A stretch of DNA of 51,173 nucleotides from Eubacteriales bacterium (GCA_045580105.1 JAZNNH010000043.1:1-51173); one strand, 5' to 3'; positions 41,624-50,805 are shown, numbered from the stretch's first letter. Notes: generated by a model not told the origin, from the sequence alone. Made by a program: numbers and translations.

Positions 41624-44600
41624 TGAAGAAAACCTTTACTCCTTCGCAGGAGAAGGCGATAAGCGCGCGCGGATGCGATTTGGCAGTCAGCGCGGCGGCC
41701 GGAAGCGGAAAAACCACGGTTCTGACCGAGCGAATTCTCTCCCTCCTTTCCGATCCCGACGGGATCGACGCTGCCAAGCTTGTCGTGGTGACCTTCACGA
41801 AAACGGCGGCGCAGGAATTGGAAGACCGTCTTTACGGTGCCTTGTCCGAAAAGGTCGGACAAGGGCAGGGAGGAGCCCTGCTTTCCCGTCAGCTCTTTCG
41901 CCTGTCCCGCGCGCAGATTTCCACCATTCACTCCTTTGCGTTTTCTCTGATCAGAGAGTACCGAAAAGAATTGGGCTTGGGGCAGTCCGTTCGCATTGCC
42001 GACCCGATGGAAGCGTCTGTCTTGCAGCGCAGCGCGGTCGAGGAAGCCATCGGGGAATTTTTCGACGTGCAGGACGAGGCGGTGTATGAAGAACGAGAAA
42101 CGCTTTACCGTCTGTTCGGCAGTTCCCGAAGCAGTGTCGGTTTAACGGAAGCCCTGCTTCGCATTCAAAATACCGCCGCTTCCTATCCCGGCGGCATCGG
42201 TCAAATGTGGCGCTGTCACGAGAACATGGCAAAGCAGGCACAAGAAATCCGAGAGGAAAAGGGGCTGTTTTTCGAAACGCCCTTCGGAGAAGAAATTTGC
42301 GGCTATGCAAAAGACGTATGTCACAGGGCACTCCTGCTTCTTGAAACCTTGCTGGAAGCGATGGAAAACAGCGTGGCGCTCTCGGAAAAATATCTGCCTT
42401 ATTTTGCAGGAAAAAGACAGAGCGCGCTCGCTATTTTGTCGCTGATCGAAAAAGGGAACCTGCCGGATGCCGGAAAGCGGATCGATTTGGACTTTGCGGA
42501 AAAGATGCCCACCATCCGTTCTTGCCCCGAAGAAGAGGCGGAACTGAAAAAAATGTGTCAGGATACCTATAACGAGCGCATCAAAAAGCCGCTTCTTCGC
42601 TTGCGTGAGGATTATCTTGGGCAAAGCCGCAATCAGATCCTTTCGGAGATGGAAAAAACGCTTATTTTGACCGAAAACCTACTTCGACTTGCGACCCTTG
42701 CCAAAGAAAAATACGATGCGGCAAAACGGGAAAAGGATTTGGTGGATTATCAGGATCTGGAGCATATGACCCTGTCGCTTCTCATGGAAGAAGAGGGGGG
42801 CGTTTGGAAGAAAACCGCTTTGGCAGATCGCATCGCTTCCTCGTTCGACGCGATTTTCGTAGATGAATATCAAGACACCAACGCCATTCAAGATATGATC
42901 TTTTGCGCCCTTTCGCGTAATGGAAATCTGTTTGTGGTGGGAGACCCCAAGCAGAGCATTTACCGCTTCCGCGGTGCGGAACCGAGCATCTTTTCTCGCT
43001 ATAAAAACGAGCTTCCGCTGTATCCTTCTAAAGGAAAGGGGATGCAGAAAATTCTCCTTTCGGACAATTTCCGATGCGATGAAACGGTGATCCGTTTGGT
43101 CAATCGCGTGTTTTGCGCGGTGATGGAGGAAAACGCGCCCGACTCGCTCTATCAAAAAGAAGATCAGTTGCGCTTTTCAAAGGTGGCGCCGCAGGAGGAA
43201 AACCGCTTTCCGACGGAATTGGTGCTGGTCACGCCCGCCGAAACCGATTCGCTCAGAGAAGACGATGACTGTTACGACGAAGCCATCAGCGCGGAGGAAA
43301 ACCGCGAGGCGGCGTATCTTGCCGGCAGAATCGGTGCGATTTTATCGGGCGAGATTGAGAAAAAGCCAGGGGAAAAATTCAAGCCAAGTGACATTGCGGT
43401 GATCTGCCGCACCCATTTGCAAATCGCCGGAGTGAAAAAGTCGTTGGATTTAAGGGGCATTCCCAACACCGCCCCTGCCGCGGAAAACATCAAGGAAGAG
43501 CCGGAATATCTGTTTGTGTCCTCGCTCCTTTCCGCGCTGGACAACCCCACGCGCGACATCCCGTTTTTGGGTGCGCTCACGTCCCCCGTTTTCCGGTTCG
43601 ACGCCGATGAACTGTATCGGGTTCGAAAACACACCCGAAAACTTCCGTTTTATACGGCGCTCGTGCGCTACGCCAAGGAGGGGGGGCACCCTCAAACAAA
43701 AGAAAAATGCCGCGAGGCATTGGACATCTTAGAGGATTTGAGAGAGCAATCCAAGCGGGAAGGGCTTTGTTCCTTTTTGTTTTCCCTCTACAGCCGTTTT
43801 CAGATTGACGCGTTGTACCAAAAAGACGGAAGGGCTTTGATTCGGGAAGTGCTTTTGTCTGCCGCCACGGCGGCTGCCCGCGCTTCGGTTCATACGCTCG
43901 GCGGCTTTTGTCAGTATCTGGAAGAAGCGGAATTGACCCTGCCGGAAAGCCAAAACGGCGTTCAGCTTCTGACCATTCATAAATCCAAGGGACTGGAATT
44001 TCCCATCGTTTTCGTTTCCTTCTTGGGGCAGCCGTTCTCGACCCGCGAGGAAACGGCAACGCTCCTGCTTTCCTCCGAGTTGGGCGCTCTTTTGCCCTTG
44101 CCGATGCTGGACGGAAGAGCCAAAATGAATACGATTTTGAAAAAAGCGGCAAAAATTCGTCTGCATCGCGAGGCACTGGAGGAAGAAAAACGAGTGCTTT
44201 ACGTGGCGCTCACGCGCGCCAAAACCAAATTGATTCTCACCTCTTCCGTGTCGAATCCCGACAAGGTGAAAAAGGAAATTTTGTCTTGCTATGAAAAGCC
44301 GCTTTCCGATGCGCTGACCTCGAGCTTGGTGCGTGCGGCAACGAGCCCCCTTTCCATGCTTTTGCCTGCTTTGCGACGCGACGGCGCTCTGCTTTCGGTG
44401 CTGGACGGAAAGAGAGAAGCGGAAGAAAACGGCTTCTTGGTTCGCATCGGAGCCGTGGCGCCTTTTGCCTTGTGGGAGGCGCAAGAAGAGCCGGTGAAAG
44501 AGATGCCCGACTTCGATCCGGATGCGGTGATGGAGGCGCTTTCGTTTGTCTATCCCGAAAAAGGGCTTGAAATCTTACCGCAAAAATTGTCCGTTTCGGA

Positions 44601-45189
44601 AATTTTGCGCGAAAAAAGAGATGATCAAGCGCCCGAATTCTTCCCGCGGCGTTTGATGGATTTTGAAAAAGGGGTACTGCTTTCCGGTGCGGAAAAAATC
44701 GGAACGGCAACGCATCAGGTGATGCAGTTTGCCGATTTCAAAGCCATGGAAGAAAATCCCGAGCAGGAATTTGCGCGCTTGGTCGAACGCGGCTTTTTAT
44801 CGGAAGAAGATATGGCACTGGTGGAAAAGGAAAAGGTGCTCTCGTTCTTCGATTCCGCCCTGTATGCTCGGATGAAAAAATCCGAGCATGCCGAGCACGA
44901 AAAGCGCTTCCACGTTCTGTTGCCGGCAGAAGAGCTTGGCGTTGGCGAGGAGGGCGAGGTCTTGGTGCAGGGCGTTGTGGACGCTTGGTTTGAAAATCCC
45001 GACGGCACGCTGACCCTCTTGGATTTCAAGACGGATCGCGTGAAAGAAGACGGCGGAGAAGCGATTTTGCGCGTGCGGCACGCAGACCAGCTTCGTCTGT
45101 ATGCCTTAGCGGTGGAAAAAATGACCGGACGCGCGGTGCGGGATCTGTATTTGTATTCCTTCTCCTTGAAACGAGAAATTCAAATCTAA
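41623..45189 (+). CDS. addA: helicase-nuclease AddAB subunit A
   Basis: UvrD-type AAAGSGKTTVL, VDEYQDTN, C-terminal RecB-type nuclease GVVDAWFENPDGTLTLLDFKTD; the ATG overlaps the addB TGA. Confidence 0.9.
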   Translation: MKKTFTPSQEKAISARGCDLAVSAAAGSGKTTVLTERILSLLSDPDGIDAAKLVVVTFTKTAAQELEDRLYGALSEKVGQGQGGALLSRQLFRLSRAQISTIHSFAFSLIREYRKELGLGQSVRIADPMEASVLQRSAVEEAIGEFFDVQDEAVYEERETLYRLFGSSRSSVGLTEALLRIQNTAASYPGGIGQMWRCHENMAKQAQEIREEKGLFFETPFGEEICGYAKDVCHRALLLLETLLEAMENSVALSEKYLPYFAGKRQSALAILSLIEKGNLPDAGKRIDLDFAEKMPTIRSCPEEEAELKKMCQDTYNERIKKPLLRLREDYLGQSRNQILSEMEKTLILTENLLRLATLAKEKYDAAKREKDLVDYQDLEHMTLSLLMEEEGGVWKKTALADRIASSFDAIFVDEYQDTNAIQDMIFCALSRNGNLFVVGDPKQSIYRFRGAEPSIFSRYKNELPLYPSKGKGMQKILLSDNFRCDETVIRLVNRVFCAVMEENAPDSLYQKEDQLRFSKVAPQEENRFPTELVLVTPAETDSLREDDDCYDEAISAEENREAAYLAGRIGAILSGEIEKKPGEKFKPSDIAVICRTHLQIAGVKKSLDLRGIPNTAPAAENIKEEPEYLFVSSLLSALDNPTRDIPFLGALTSPVFRFDADELYRVRKHTRKLPFYTALVRYAKEGGHPQTKEKCREALDILEDLREQSKREGLCSFLFSLYSRFQIDALYQKDGRALIREVLLSAATAAARASVHTLGGFCQYLEEAELTLPESQNGVQLLTIHKSKGLEFPIVFVSFLGQPFSTREETATLLLSSELGALLPLPMLDGRAKMNTILKKAAKIRLHREALEEEKRVLYVALTRAKTKLILTSSVSNPDKVKKEILSCYEKPLSDALTSSLVRAATSPLSMLLPALRRDGALLSVLDGKREAEENGFLVRIGAVAPFALWEAQEEPVKEMPDFDPDAVMEALSFVYPEKGLEILPQKLSVSEILREKRDDQAPEFFPRRLMDFEKGVLLSGAEKIGTATHQVMQFADFKAMEENPEQEFARLVERGFLSEEDMALVEKEKVLSFFDSALYARMKKSEHAEHEKRFHVLLPAEELGVGEEGEVLVQGVVDAWFENPDGTLTLLDFKTDRVKEDGGEAILRVRHADQLRLYALAVEKMTGRAVRDLYLYSFSLKREIQI

Positions 45190-45190
45190 C

Positions 45191-45228
45191 AAAAAAAGTG
45201 TCGTAGCGGTATCTACGACACTTTTTTT
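45191..45228. terminator. bidirectional intrinsic terminator
   Basis: A7, AGTGTCGTAG-cggtat-CTACGACACT, T7. Confidence 0.8.
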
Positions 45229-45231
45229 GTT

Positions 45232-46209
45232 TTATGCAGAGGCGTCTTCTTTCATCGCTTCGCGCTTTTCTCTGCGACGGGCGCGCTTGCGGCGCTCTTT
45301 CTGGCGTTCCTGCGCTTTGTATTTTTCGTATCTTTCGTTTTTTTGTTCATAAAAGGCAACAAGATCGTCGTTTAAAGCAAAGACCTCGCGGATACAGCAA
45401 ATTTTTTGCTTTTCCCCCCGATACAGGCGAAAGCGGATCAAATAGCGCTCTCCGCCGGTGCATTCTGCCATGGCAAGATATTTGGAGCTGTTTTGCGGAA
45501 TGATTTCTTCCGGCAGAAGATAGCCGTCGCATTCCGGGCAGGCAAAGGTGGTGCTTCCCAGCTCGCGCAGGGCTTCACCGCGGTTTTCATAGTGCATGGG
45601 GACAAGGCAACTTCGAAGCGGTTGAGAGGTGATGTCACCCGCCAAACGGGCATAGTCGCGAAATCCGCTTTCCATATCCAAATGGCGGCAGATCAAAGCG
45701 GTGCTTTTGGCGTCGCACAGGGCATCGTGCGCTTGAAACGGCTCCTCTCCCAGCATGGTGATGGCGTCTTCCAATGCGACTTGGCGCACCGAGCCCAATT
45801 TTTGATGAGAAAAGAGGATTTGCAGGTCAAAGGAGTCGGGAATCCAGTCCTCGTCCAAAGAAAAAAGGGTGAAATTGTCCCGCAGCATCGGAATGTCATC
45901 CGGTCCCCAAGTCAGAAAGATAAAATCCTCTCCGCAAAACGAGGCAAGAAGGCGCACCGCCTCGGGAAAGGAGATGCCTCCTCGCACGGTTTCGTTGTCA
46001 AGACCCGTGATCCGAGCTACTTTGCGGTGCATTTTTCGATAATATTTCGGGCTGACGGTCAATCTCAGCTCGTCCTTGATGGAAAGCGTTTCATTCATAC
46101 GGACCGCGCCGATCTGCACAATCTCTCCGACCAGATGAACGGGATTTTCAACCGTTTCCCCTGCCCATCGGGGTTGGTTCCATTCCAAGTCCAAAACGAT
46201 ATAATTCAT
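45232..46209 (-). CDS. DEDDh 3'-5' exonuclease (KapD/ERI-1-like) with C-terminal Cys-pair module and basic tail
   Basis: VLDLEWN (Exo I), HDALCDA (Exo III), CPECDG, tail QERQKERRKRARRREKRE; start trimmed to MNYIVLD. Confidence 0.75.
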   Translation of the reverse strand: MNYIVLDLEWNQPRWAGETVENPVHLVGEIVQIGAVRMNETLSIKDELRLTVSPKYYRKMHRKVARITGLDNETVRGGISFPEAVRLLASFCGEDFIFLTWGPDDIPMLRDNFTLFSLDEDWIPDSFDLQILFSHQKLGSVRQVALEDAITMLGEEPFQAHDALCDAKSTALICRHLDMESGFRDYARLAGDITSQPLRSCLVPMHYENRGEALRELGSTTFACPECDGYLLPEEIIPQNSSKYLAMAECTGGERYLIRFRLYRGEKQKICCIREVFALNDDLVAFYEQKNERYEKYKAQERQKERRKRARRREKREAMKEDASA

Positions 46210-46434
46210 AATTTCCTCTTTTCTTTCCTTAATAGTGTATCTTCCGAAAAGGGAAAAGTCAATAGAAAAAAGCCGCGAGGTGCCGGTTCGCTTTCGTTTC
46301 GCGGAACAAATTGAGAGAGGATCCTGATTTTGTTTGTTTACAAACGCTTTTCTTTCCGTTATAATGAAGAAAAGATGTTGCAATGAAAGGTTTTGTTTTC
46401 TGCAAAACCAAAACAACAAGGGAGAGTGCGTTTT

Positions 46435-47706
46435 ATGAAGATCAAAATGCGCAAAAGCACTTGGGAGGAAATTTTGGCAAAGCCGGCCATTCCTCATTTG
46501 AAGCCCATTCGCCCACCCGCGCTTTTTCGTTTTCTGATGTGGATTTTGTCACTTCCGGCGTGTCTTGCCGTGCGCTTTTCTTATCAGCGCAAAGCCATGA
46601 AAGAAGCAGGAGAGGGCCCTTATTTTATTTTGATGAACCATTCCAGCTTTTTGGATTTGAAAATGGCATCCAAAATCTTGTTTCCCATGCCCTATTCGAT
46701 CGTTGCCACCACCGATGCCTTTGTGGGAAAGGCGCTTTTGATGCGCCTTTTGGGCTGTGTTCCTACACAGAAATTTGTAACGGACGTGACTCTTGTCATG
46801 GACCTCATTCGCATCATCAAAAAGCAAAAAAGAAGTGTTTTGATGTATCCCGAAGCCGGTTACAGCTTTGACGGGACTGCCACGCGACTTCCGGCCAAGC
46901 TCGGTGGGATGTTCAAGCGTTTGGGCGTTCCGGTTCTGATGATTCGCTCCGACGAGGGCGGCTTTTTGCGTGATCCTCTGTATAACGGCTTGCGCTTGAG
47001 AAAGACGCGCGTGAAAGCGGAGGTGACCTGCCTTTTGGCGCGTGACCAGATCCGGGAAATGAGCGTGGAAGAGATGGACAAGATCGTGGAACAGGCGTTT
47101 TCCTTCGACCATTTTGCCGCGCAAAAGGAAAATAAGGTCACCATTTCCGAGCCGTTCCGTGCCACGGGGCTGGAACGAGTTTTGTATCGCTGTCCGCATT
47201 GTCAAACGGAAGGCAAGATGCGCGGAGAGGGAATTTTTCTGACCTGCGAGGCCTGCGGGGCGCAGTATGAACTGAAAGAAGACGGCACCCTGTCGTCCAC
47301 AAAAGGGGAGAGTGCGTTTTCGCATATTCCCGATTGGTACGCTTGGCAAAGGGAATGTGTTCGAAAGGAACTGGAGGAAAATAGCTATCGATTGGAAACA
47401 AAGGTTTGTGTGGGCGTCATTTGCGACCACAAGGCCATGTATATGGTCGGGGACGGCACCCTTGTTCACGATCGGCACGGCTTTGTATTAAAACGCGATT
47501 CGGGAGAAGTGATCTACACCCAAGACCCCTATTTTTCTTACAGTGCGAACGTGGACTTTTTCTTTTATGAAATCGGGGATATGATCAGCATCGGTGATAA
47601 GAAAAGACTGTATTATTGCTTCCCGAAAGAGCCCATTCCCGTTACACGCTGTCGCCTTGCGGCAGAAGAAATGTACCAAATGCCGAAACTGGAAAAAGGG
47701 GAATAA
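46435..47706 (+). CDS. PlsC-family acyltransferase with C-terminal zinc-ribbon-containing extension
   Basis: HX4D motif NHSSFLD, YPEAGYS; CPHCQT...CEACG ribbon; start trimmed to MKIKMRK. Confidence 0.7.
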   Translation: MKIKMRKSTWEEILAKPAIPHLKPIRPPALFRFLMWILSLPACLAVRFSYQRKAMKEAGEGPYFILMNHSSFLDLKMASKILFPMPYSIVATTDAFVGKALLMRLLGCVPTQKFVTDVTLVMDLIRIIKKQKRSVLMYPEAGYSFDGTATRLPAKLGGMFKRLGVPVLMIRSDEGGFLRDPLYNGLRLRKTRVKAEVTCLLARDQIREMSVEEMDKIVEQAFSFDHFAAQKENKVTISEPFRATGLERVLYRCPHCQTEGKMRGEGIFLTCEACGAQYELKEDGTLSSTKGESAFSHIPDWYAWQRECVRKELEENSYRLETKVCVGVICDHKAMYMVGDGTLVHDRHGFVLKRDSGEVIYTQDPYFSYSANVDFFFYEIGDMISIGDKKRLYYCFPKEPIPVTRCRLAAEEMYQMPKLEKGE

Positions 47707-47708
47707 AG

Positions 47709-47741
47709 AAAAAAAGCAGAGGAAAAACCTCTGCTTTTTTT
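47709..47741. terminator. bidirectional intrinsic terminator
   Basis: A-run, GCAGAGG-aaaaa-CCTCTGC, T7. Confidence 0.8.
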
Positions 47742-47758
47742 ATGCTTGATTGGTTTGA

Positions 47759-48910
47759 TTAGGCCTTCGAGTGTACGATTTTGCCGTCTACGATGGTGGT
47801 GTAGGATTCTACGCCGACCTCTTTCAAAGGATCGCCTTCCCAGATTACCACGTCGCCGTCCTTGCCGGGTTCCAAGCTTCCGATACGGTCGCCGACACCC
47901 AAGCTCGTTGCGGGGTTGATGGTGATTGCTTTCCAAGCTTCGTCATAGGGCAGACCGGCGCGGCTTGCCAGACCTGCGAAGAGAGGAAGTCGATGCAGAG
48001 CGGTAACGGGAGAGTCGGTGATGATGCTCACTTTGAGACCGGCAGCGTGCAGAATGCCGGGAGTTTCCATGGACTGATGGCTCAATTCGGGCTTGGATTT
48101 GCCGGTGAAGGAAGGACCAACGAAGACAGGATAGCCCTCTTTTGCCAGATCCTCGGCAATCAGAGATCCATCAGAGCAGTGGTCGAGGGTGAGATTTACG
48201 TCAAATTCCTTGGCAATGCGGATGGCGGTGAAAATGTCATCGGCCTGATGTGCGTGTGCCTTCAGCGGAATTTCCTTTTTCATAACGGGAATCATAGCTT
48301 CGAGCTTCATATCGAATTTGGGGTTTTTGCCTGCTTCTTTATCGTTCAGATAGTTGCGGGCCTTGAAGAGCAGTTCTCTCAAGAGTGCTGCGACTGCCAT
48401 ACGGGTAACGGGAGTTTTGCCTTTTTGACCGAAAGCGTTTTTCGGGTTTTCACCGAAGGCGCATTTCATAGCGGCGGGGCTCTTTACGATCATATCGTCT
48501 ACGCGGTTGCCTGCCAGCTTGATGACGGCGAAGGTACCGGCTACAACGCCTGCGCTACCGGGGCCGGTGCAAGCGGAGGTAACACCACCCTGAAGGGCGA
48601 AATCAAAGGTTTCATCCATGGGGTTGATTGCGTCAATGGCGCGCAGGTGAGGGGTCAGAACGTCGGACTTTTCGTTGACGTCAGAACCTTCCCAACGCAC
48701 TTTGGAGGTGTGCGTACCGATGTGGCAGTGTGCTTCGACACAACCGGGCGTAACAAGACGTCCTTCGGCATCGATGACAGTCATATCGGCAGTTTCTTCG
48801 ACTGCTTTGCCAACAGAGATGATTTTTCCGTCGTCGCCGATCAAAATAGAACCGTTTTCGATGTCTTCGCCGACGATCGGTTTGATTTTACCGTTTTTAA
48901 TAAGAAGCAT
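47759..48910 (-). CDS. metal-dependent amidohydrolase family protein
   Basis: N-terminal LIKNGKI...VIDAEGRLVTPGCVEAHCHIG (HxH) typical of the amidohydrolase superfamily. Confidence 0.8.
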   Translation of the reverse strand: MLLIKNGKIKPIVGEDIENGSILIGDDGKIISVGKAVEETADMTVIDAEGRLVTPGCVEAHCHIGTHTSKVRWEGSDVNEKSDVLTPHLRAIDAINPMDETFDFALQGGVTSACTGPGSAGVVAGTFAVIKLAGNRVDDMIVKSPAAMKCAFGENPKNAFGQKGKTPVTRMAVAALLRELLFKARNYLNDKEAGKNPKFDMKLEAMIPVMKKEIPLKAHAHQADDIFTAIRIAKEFDVNLTLDHCSDGSLIAEDLAKEGYPVFVGPSFTGKSKPELSHQSMETPGILHAAGLKVSIITDSPVTALHRLPLFAGLASRAGLPYDEAWKAITINPATSLGVGDRIGSLEPGKDGDVVIWEGDPLKEVGVESYTTIVDGKIVHSKA

Positions 48911-48989
48911 AATATACTCCCCCTTTTATTTTTATGGCTTTATGATATCACACTTTTATCCGAGGTGCAAGGTTTTGCAAAAAAAATGA

Positions 48990-49017
48990 AAAAAAGAGCA
49001 TTTTTGATGCTCTTTTT
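48990..49017. terminator. bidirectional intrinsic terminator
   Basis: A-run, AGAGCAT-ttttg-ATGCTCT, T5; lies downstream of the 33-aa mini-ORF on the minus strand. Confidence 0.65.
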
Positions 49018-49062
49018 AATTTGACTGAAAAAAAGTCTTCTTTTTGCTTTAAAATCTTAATT

Positions 49063-49164
49063 TTATAAAGTGATGGATGGATCAAAAGCAAACCATCCAA
49101 TCAAAGCAACGATTGCACCAATAAATCCTATAAAAAACGAAATCAATACTACCAACTCCAACAT
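49063..49164 (-). CDS. 33-aa hydrophobic single-TM peptide (MLELVVLISFFIGFIGAIVALIGWFAFDPSITL), apparently leaderless
   Basis: My own translation (below the ORF-track cutoff). ATG lies 7 nt after a consensus -10 and there is no SD; the terminator at 48990-49017 follows. Confidence 0.4.
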   Translation of the reverse strand: MLELVVLISFFIGFIGAIVALIGWFAFDPSITL

Positions 49165-49171
49165 TTTTATA

Positions 49172-49199
49172 ATTATACCACAGAAATAGTTTTGTGCAA
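49172..49199 (-). promoter_or_regulatory. near-consensus promoter for the mini-ORF
   Basis: minus strand TTGCAC (49199-49194), 16 nt spacer, TGG-TATAAT (49180-49172). Confidence 0.5.
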
Positions 49200-49225
49200 G
49201 ATATAATTGTGCCGAAGGCACACCT

Positions 49226-49320
49226 AACTTCTTCACTATTACTTCTTACCTATTACTTTCCCAAAATCCCGAACGAAGTTTTATTTGAAGTAAGAGTGAA
49301 GAGGTGAGAAGTAAGAAGTA
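49226..49320. repeat. inverted arrays of degenerate AGAAGTA/TACTTCT heptamers
   Basis: pyrimidine-strand arm 49226-49260 (about 5 units), about 26 nt spacer, purine-strand arm 49287-49320 (about 5 units). Confidence 0.6.
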
Positions 49321-49347
49321 AAAATCCCACCACTTTCGTGATGGGAT
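49320..49347 (-). terminator. intrinsic terminator of the TM2 operon
   Basis: minus strand ATCCCATCAC-gaaa-GTGGTGGGAT (one G-U pair) followed by T5. Confidence 0.65.
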
Positions 49348-49438
49348 TTCTGGAGGTGCCACCCAAAAGTGAACCGGTGAAAACCGTGAGATCTTGATGA
49401 TAAACTCTGTTTTTTGATTTCTGATTTTACAAAATCTA

Positions 49439-49837
49439 TCAATACACAAAATACGGATTCGGCTTGAAAAGAATCGTAATGAAATCTACGAATAGGCCGA
49501 TTCCAAAAAGGCCTGCTGTGAAAATATATAGCACGCCGAGACCGGCTTTTCCCTCGTAAAATTTGTGTGCACCCAAAAATCCGAGGAAGAAGCACAAAAG
49601 AAGCGCAACCCATTTGTTTTTTGGTCTTCCATAGCCCATAGCCCCATTTTGATTTACATTGGAATTGACATTGTTGTTGTCGTTATTGATAACAATGCTG
49701 GGCTGCTGTGCCTGCGACTTGAATTCCTCTACTTGTCTACCGCACTGTGTGCAAAGCACGGCATCCTCGGGTATTTTCCCTCCGCAATGCTTGCAAAATT
49801 TTGTTCTGATTTCCTGCGTTGTAGTGTTGTTTTCCAT
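49439..49837 (-). CDS. zinc-ribbon plus TM2-domain membrane protein
   Basis: CKHCGG...CTQCG ribbon, Asn-rich linker, TM2 motif LCFFLGFLGAHKFYEGK. Confidence 0.8.
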   Translation of the reverse strand: MENNTTTQEIRTKFCKHCGGKIPEDAVLCTQCGRQVEEFKSQAQQPSIVINNDNNNVNSNVNQNGAMGYGRPKNKWVALLLCFFLGFLGAHKFYEGKAGLGVLYIFTAGLFGIGLFVDFITILFKPNPYFVY

Positions 49838-49863
49838 AGAAATTTCCTCCGTTTTTAATTTTT

Positions 49864-50271
49864 CTATTTATTAAGCTTTTTTTGGTTGCTAACACTTATA
49901 AATGTAAGTACTGAAACAGGGATGCCGAAAATGAATCCTATTGGTGAACAAACGGTGCTGATTACAAATATGATTGCCGCAACCATTGCAAGCATTGTGT
50001 CTGTTTTTGCATAAGCTACCCAAGAAACAATACCGCCTATAACAAACAATCCTAAATGTATCAAAGACAAAATCCCAAGCACATATAAATAATTTGTTAT
50101 TGCAAGATCCATATGGATAATTTCAAACAGCGATTCAAGAAAGCCGCCCAAAGCATTTATCACGCTTTTTCCGCCGGCATCGACAATCGTCATTCCAATA
50201 AAAAACCACGATAATAATACACTGTATACCGATGCTACAATATTTGATATCAAAAGTGTTTTACTTCTCAT
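49864..50271 (-). CDS. small polytopic membrane protein (4 TM), unknown function
   Basis: four hydrophobic helices; start trimmed to MRSKTLL behind SD gagaggag. Confidence 0.6.
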   Translation of the reverse strand: MRSKTLLISNIVASVYSVLLSWFFIGMTIVDAGGKSVINALGGFLESLFEIIHMDLAITNYLYVLGILSLIHLGLFVIGGIVSWVAYAKTDTMLAMVAAIIFVISTVCSPIGFIFGIPVSVLTFISVSNQKKLNK

Positions 50272-50300
50272 GAAAGTACTCCTCTCGACCAAGCATTAAG

Positions 50301-50732
50301 TTATTGGCCAACTTCGGCAAGCTTCTGGGCAATTCTCAACATCTCTTTAGAATATTCCAAAGCATCCTCTGTATCTTGAATGCTGCTCTGTATATCGTCG
50401 GCTCTTTTTGTCCAGCTTGCTAAATCAGATACCATCTTGGTATAATCAGCTAATACAGACATATCGGTTGGATTATCCTTATATTTTTTCAACATAATAA
50501 TATAGTCATCAACCAACTTTTCATATTCTTCAAGAAATTTTTTCCATTCCGGAACGGTAGCCGAATTTTCTTGTGAATTTGCTTCGGTATCAGAAGTGCC
50601 CTCTTCCACATTGTCAGCTTGTACCTGAGCATGTATTGCGGTCGTGTCAACCGTAGCGTTATCGCCGTCAATGCACGCCGTTGCCGCGAATAACATGAGC
50701 AACATTAGTGCTATACCTATAACTTTTTTCAT
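50301..50732 (-). CDS. acidic lipoprotein, unknown function
   Basis: signal peptide with lipobox AATAC; strong SD aaaggagg; helical acidic mature part. Confidence 0.65.
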   Translation of the reverse strand: MKKVIGIALMLLMLFAATACIDGDNATVDTTAIHAQVQADNVEEGTSDTEANSQENSATVPEWKKFLEEYEKLVDDYIIMLKKYKDNPTDMSVLADYTKMVSDLASWTKRADDIQSSIQDTEDALEYSKEMLRIAQKLAEVGQ

Positions 50733-50750
50733 TTAACAGCCTCCTTTTTT

Positions 50751-50805
50751 GACATTCTGTAAATGTCATTTTACACATTATATTATCGTACAATAATTTT
50801 GTCAA
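50751..50805 (-). promoter_or_regulatory. consensus promoter plus palindromic operator for the lipoprotein operon
   Basis: minus strand TTGACA (50805-50800), 17 nt spacer, TATAAT (50782-50777); palindrome GACATTctgtaAATGTC at 50751-50767 lies between the -10 and the SD. Confidence 0.6.

Noticed and set aside
49350-49438. A tRNA or att-like sequence near TGGAGGTGCCACCC and the direct repeat GTGAACCG/GTGAAAACCG
   Set aside because: No cloverleaf, T-loop (GTTCRANYC) or CCA-proximal acceptor pairing could be drawn. The direct repeat is only 8-10 nt.
49246-49613. ORFs 49246-49449 and 49281-49613 (-) across the heptamer arrays and the TM2 gene 3' end
   Set aside because: They read through a terminator hairpin and repeat arrays, lack SDs, and one overlaps the well-supported TM2 gene out of frame.
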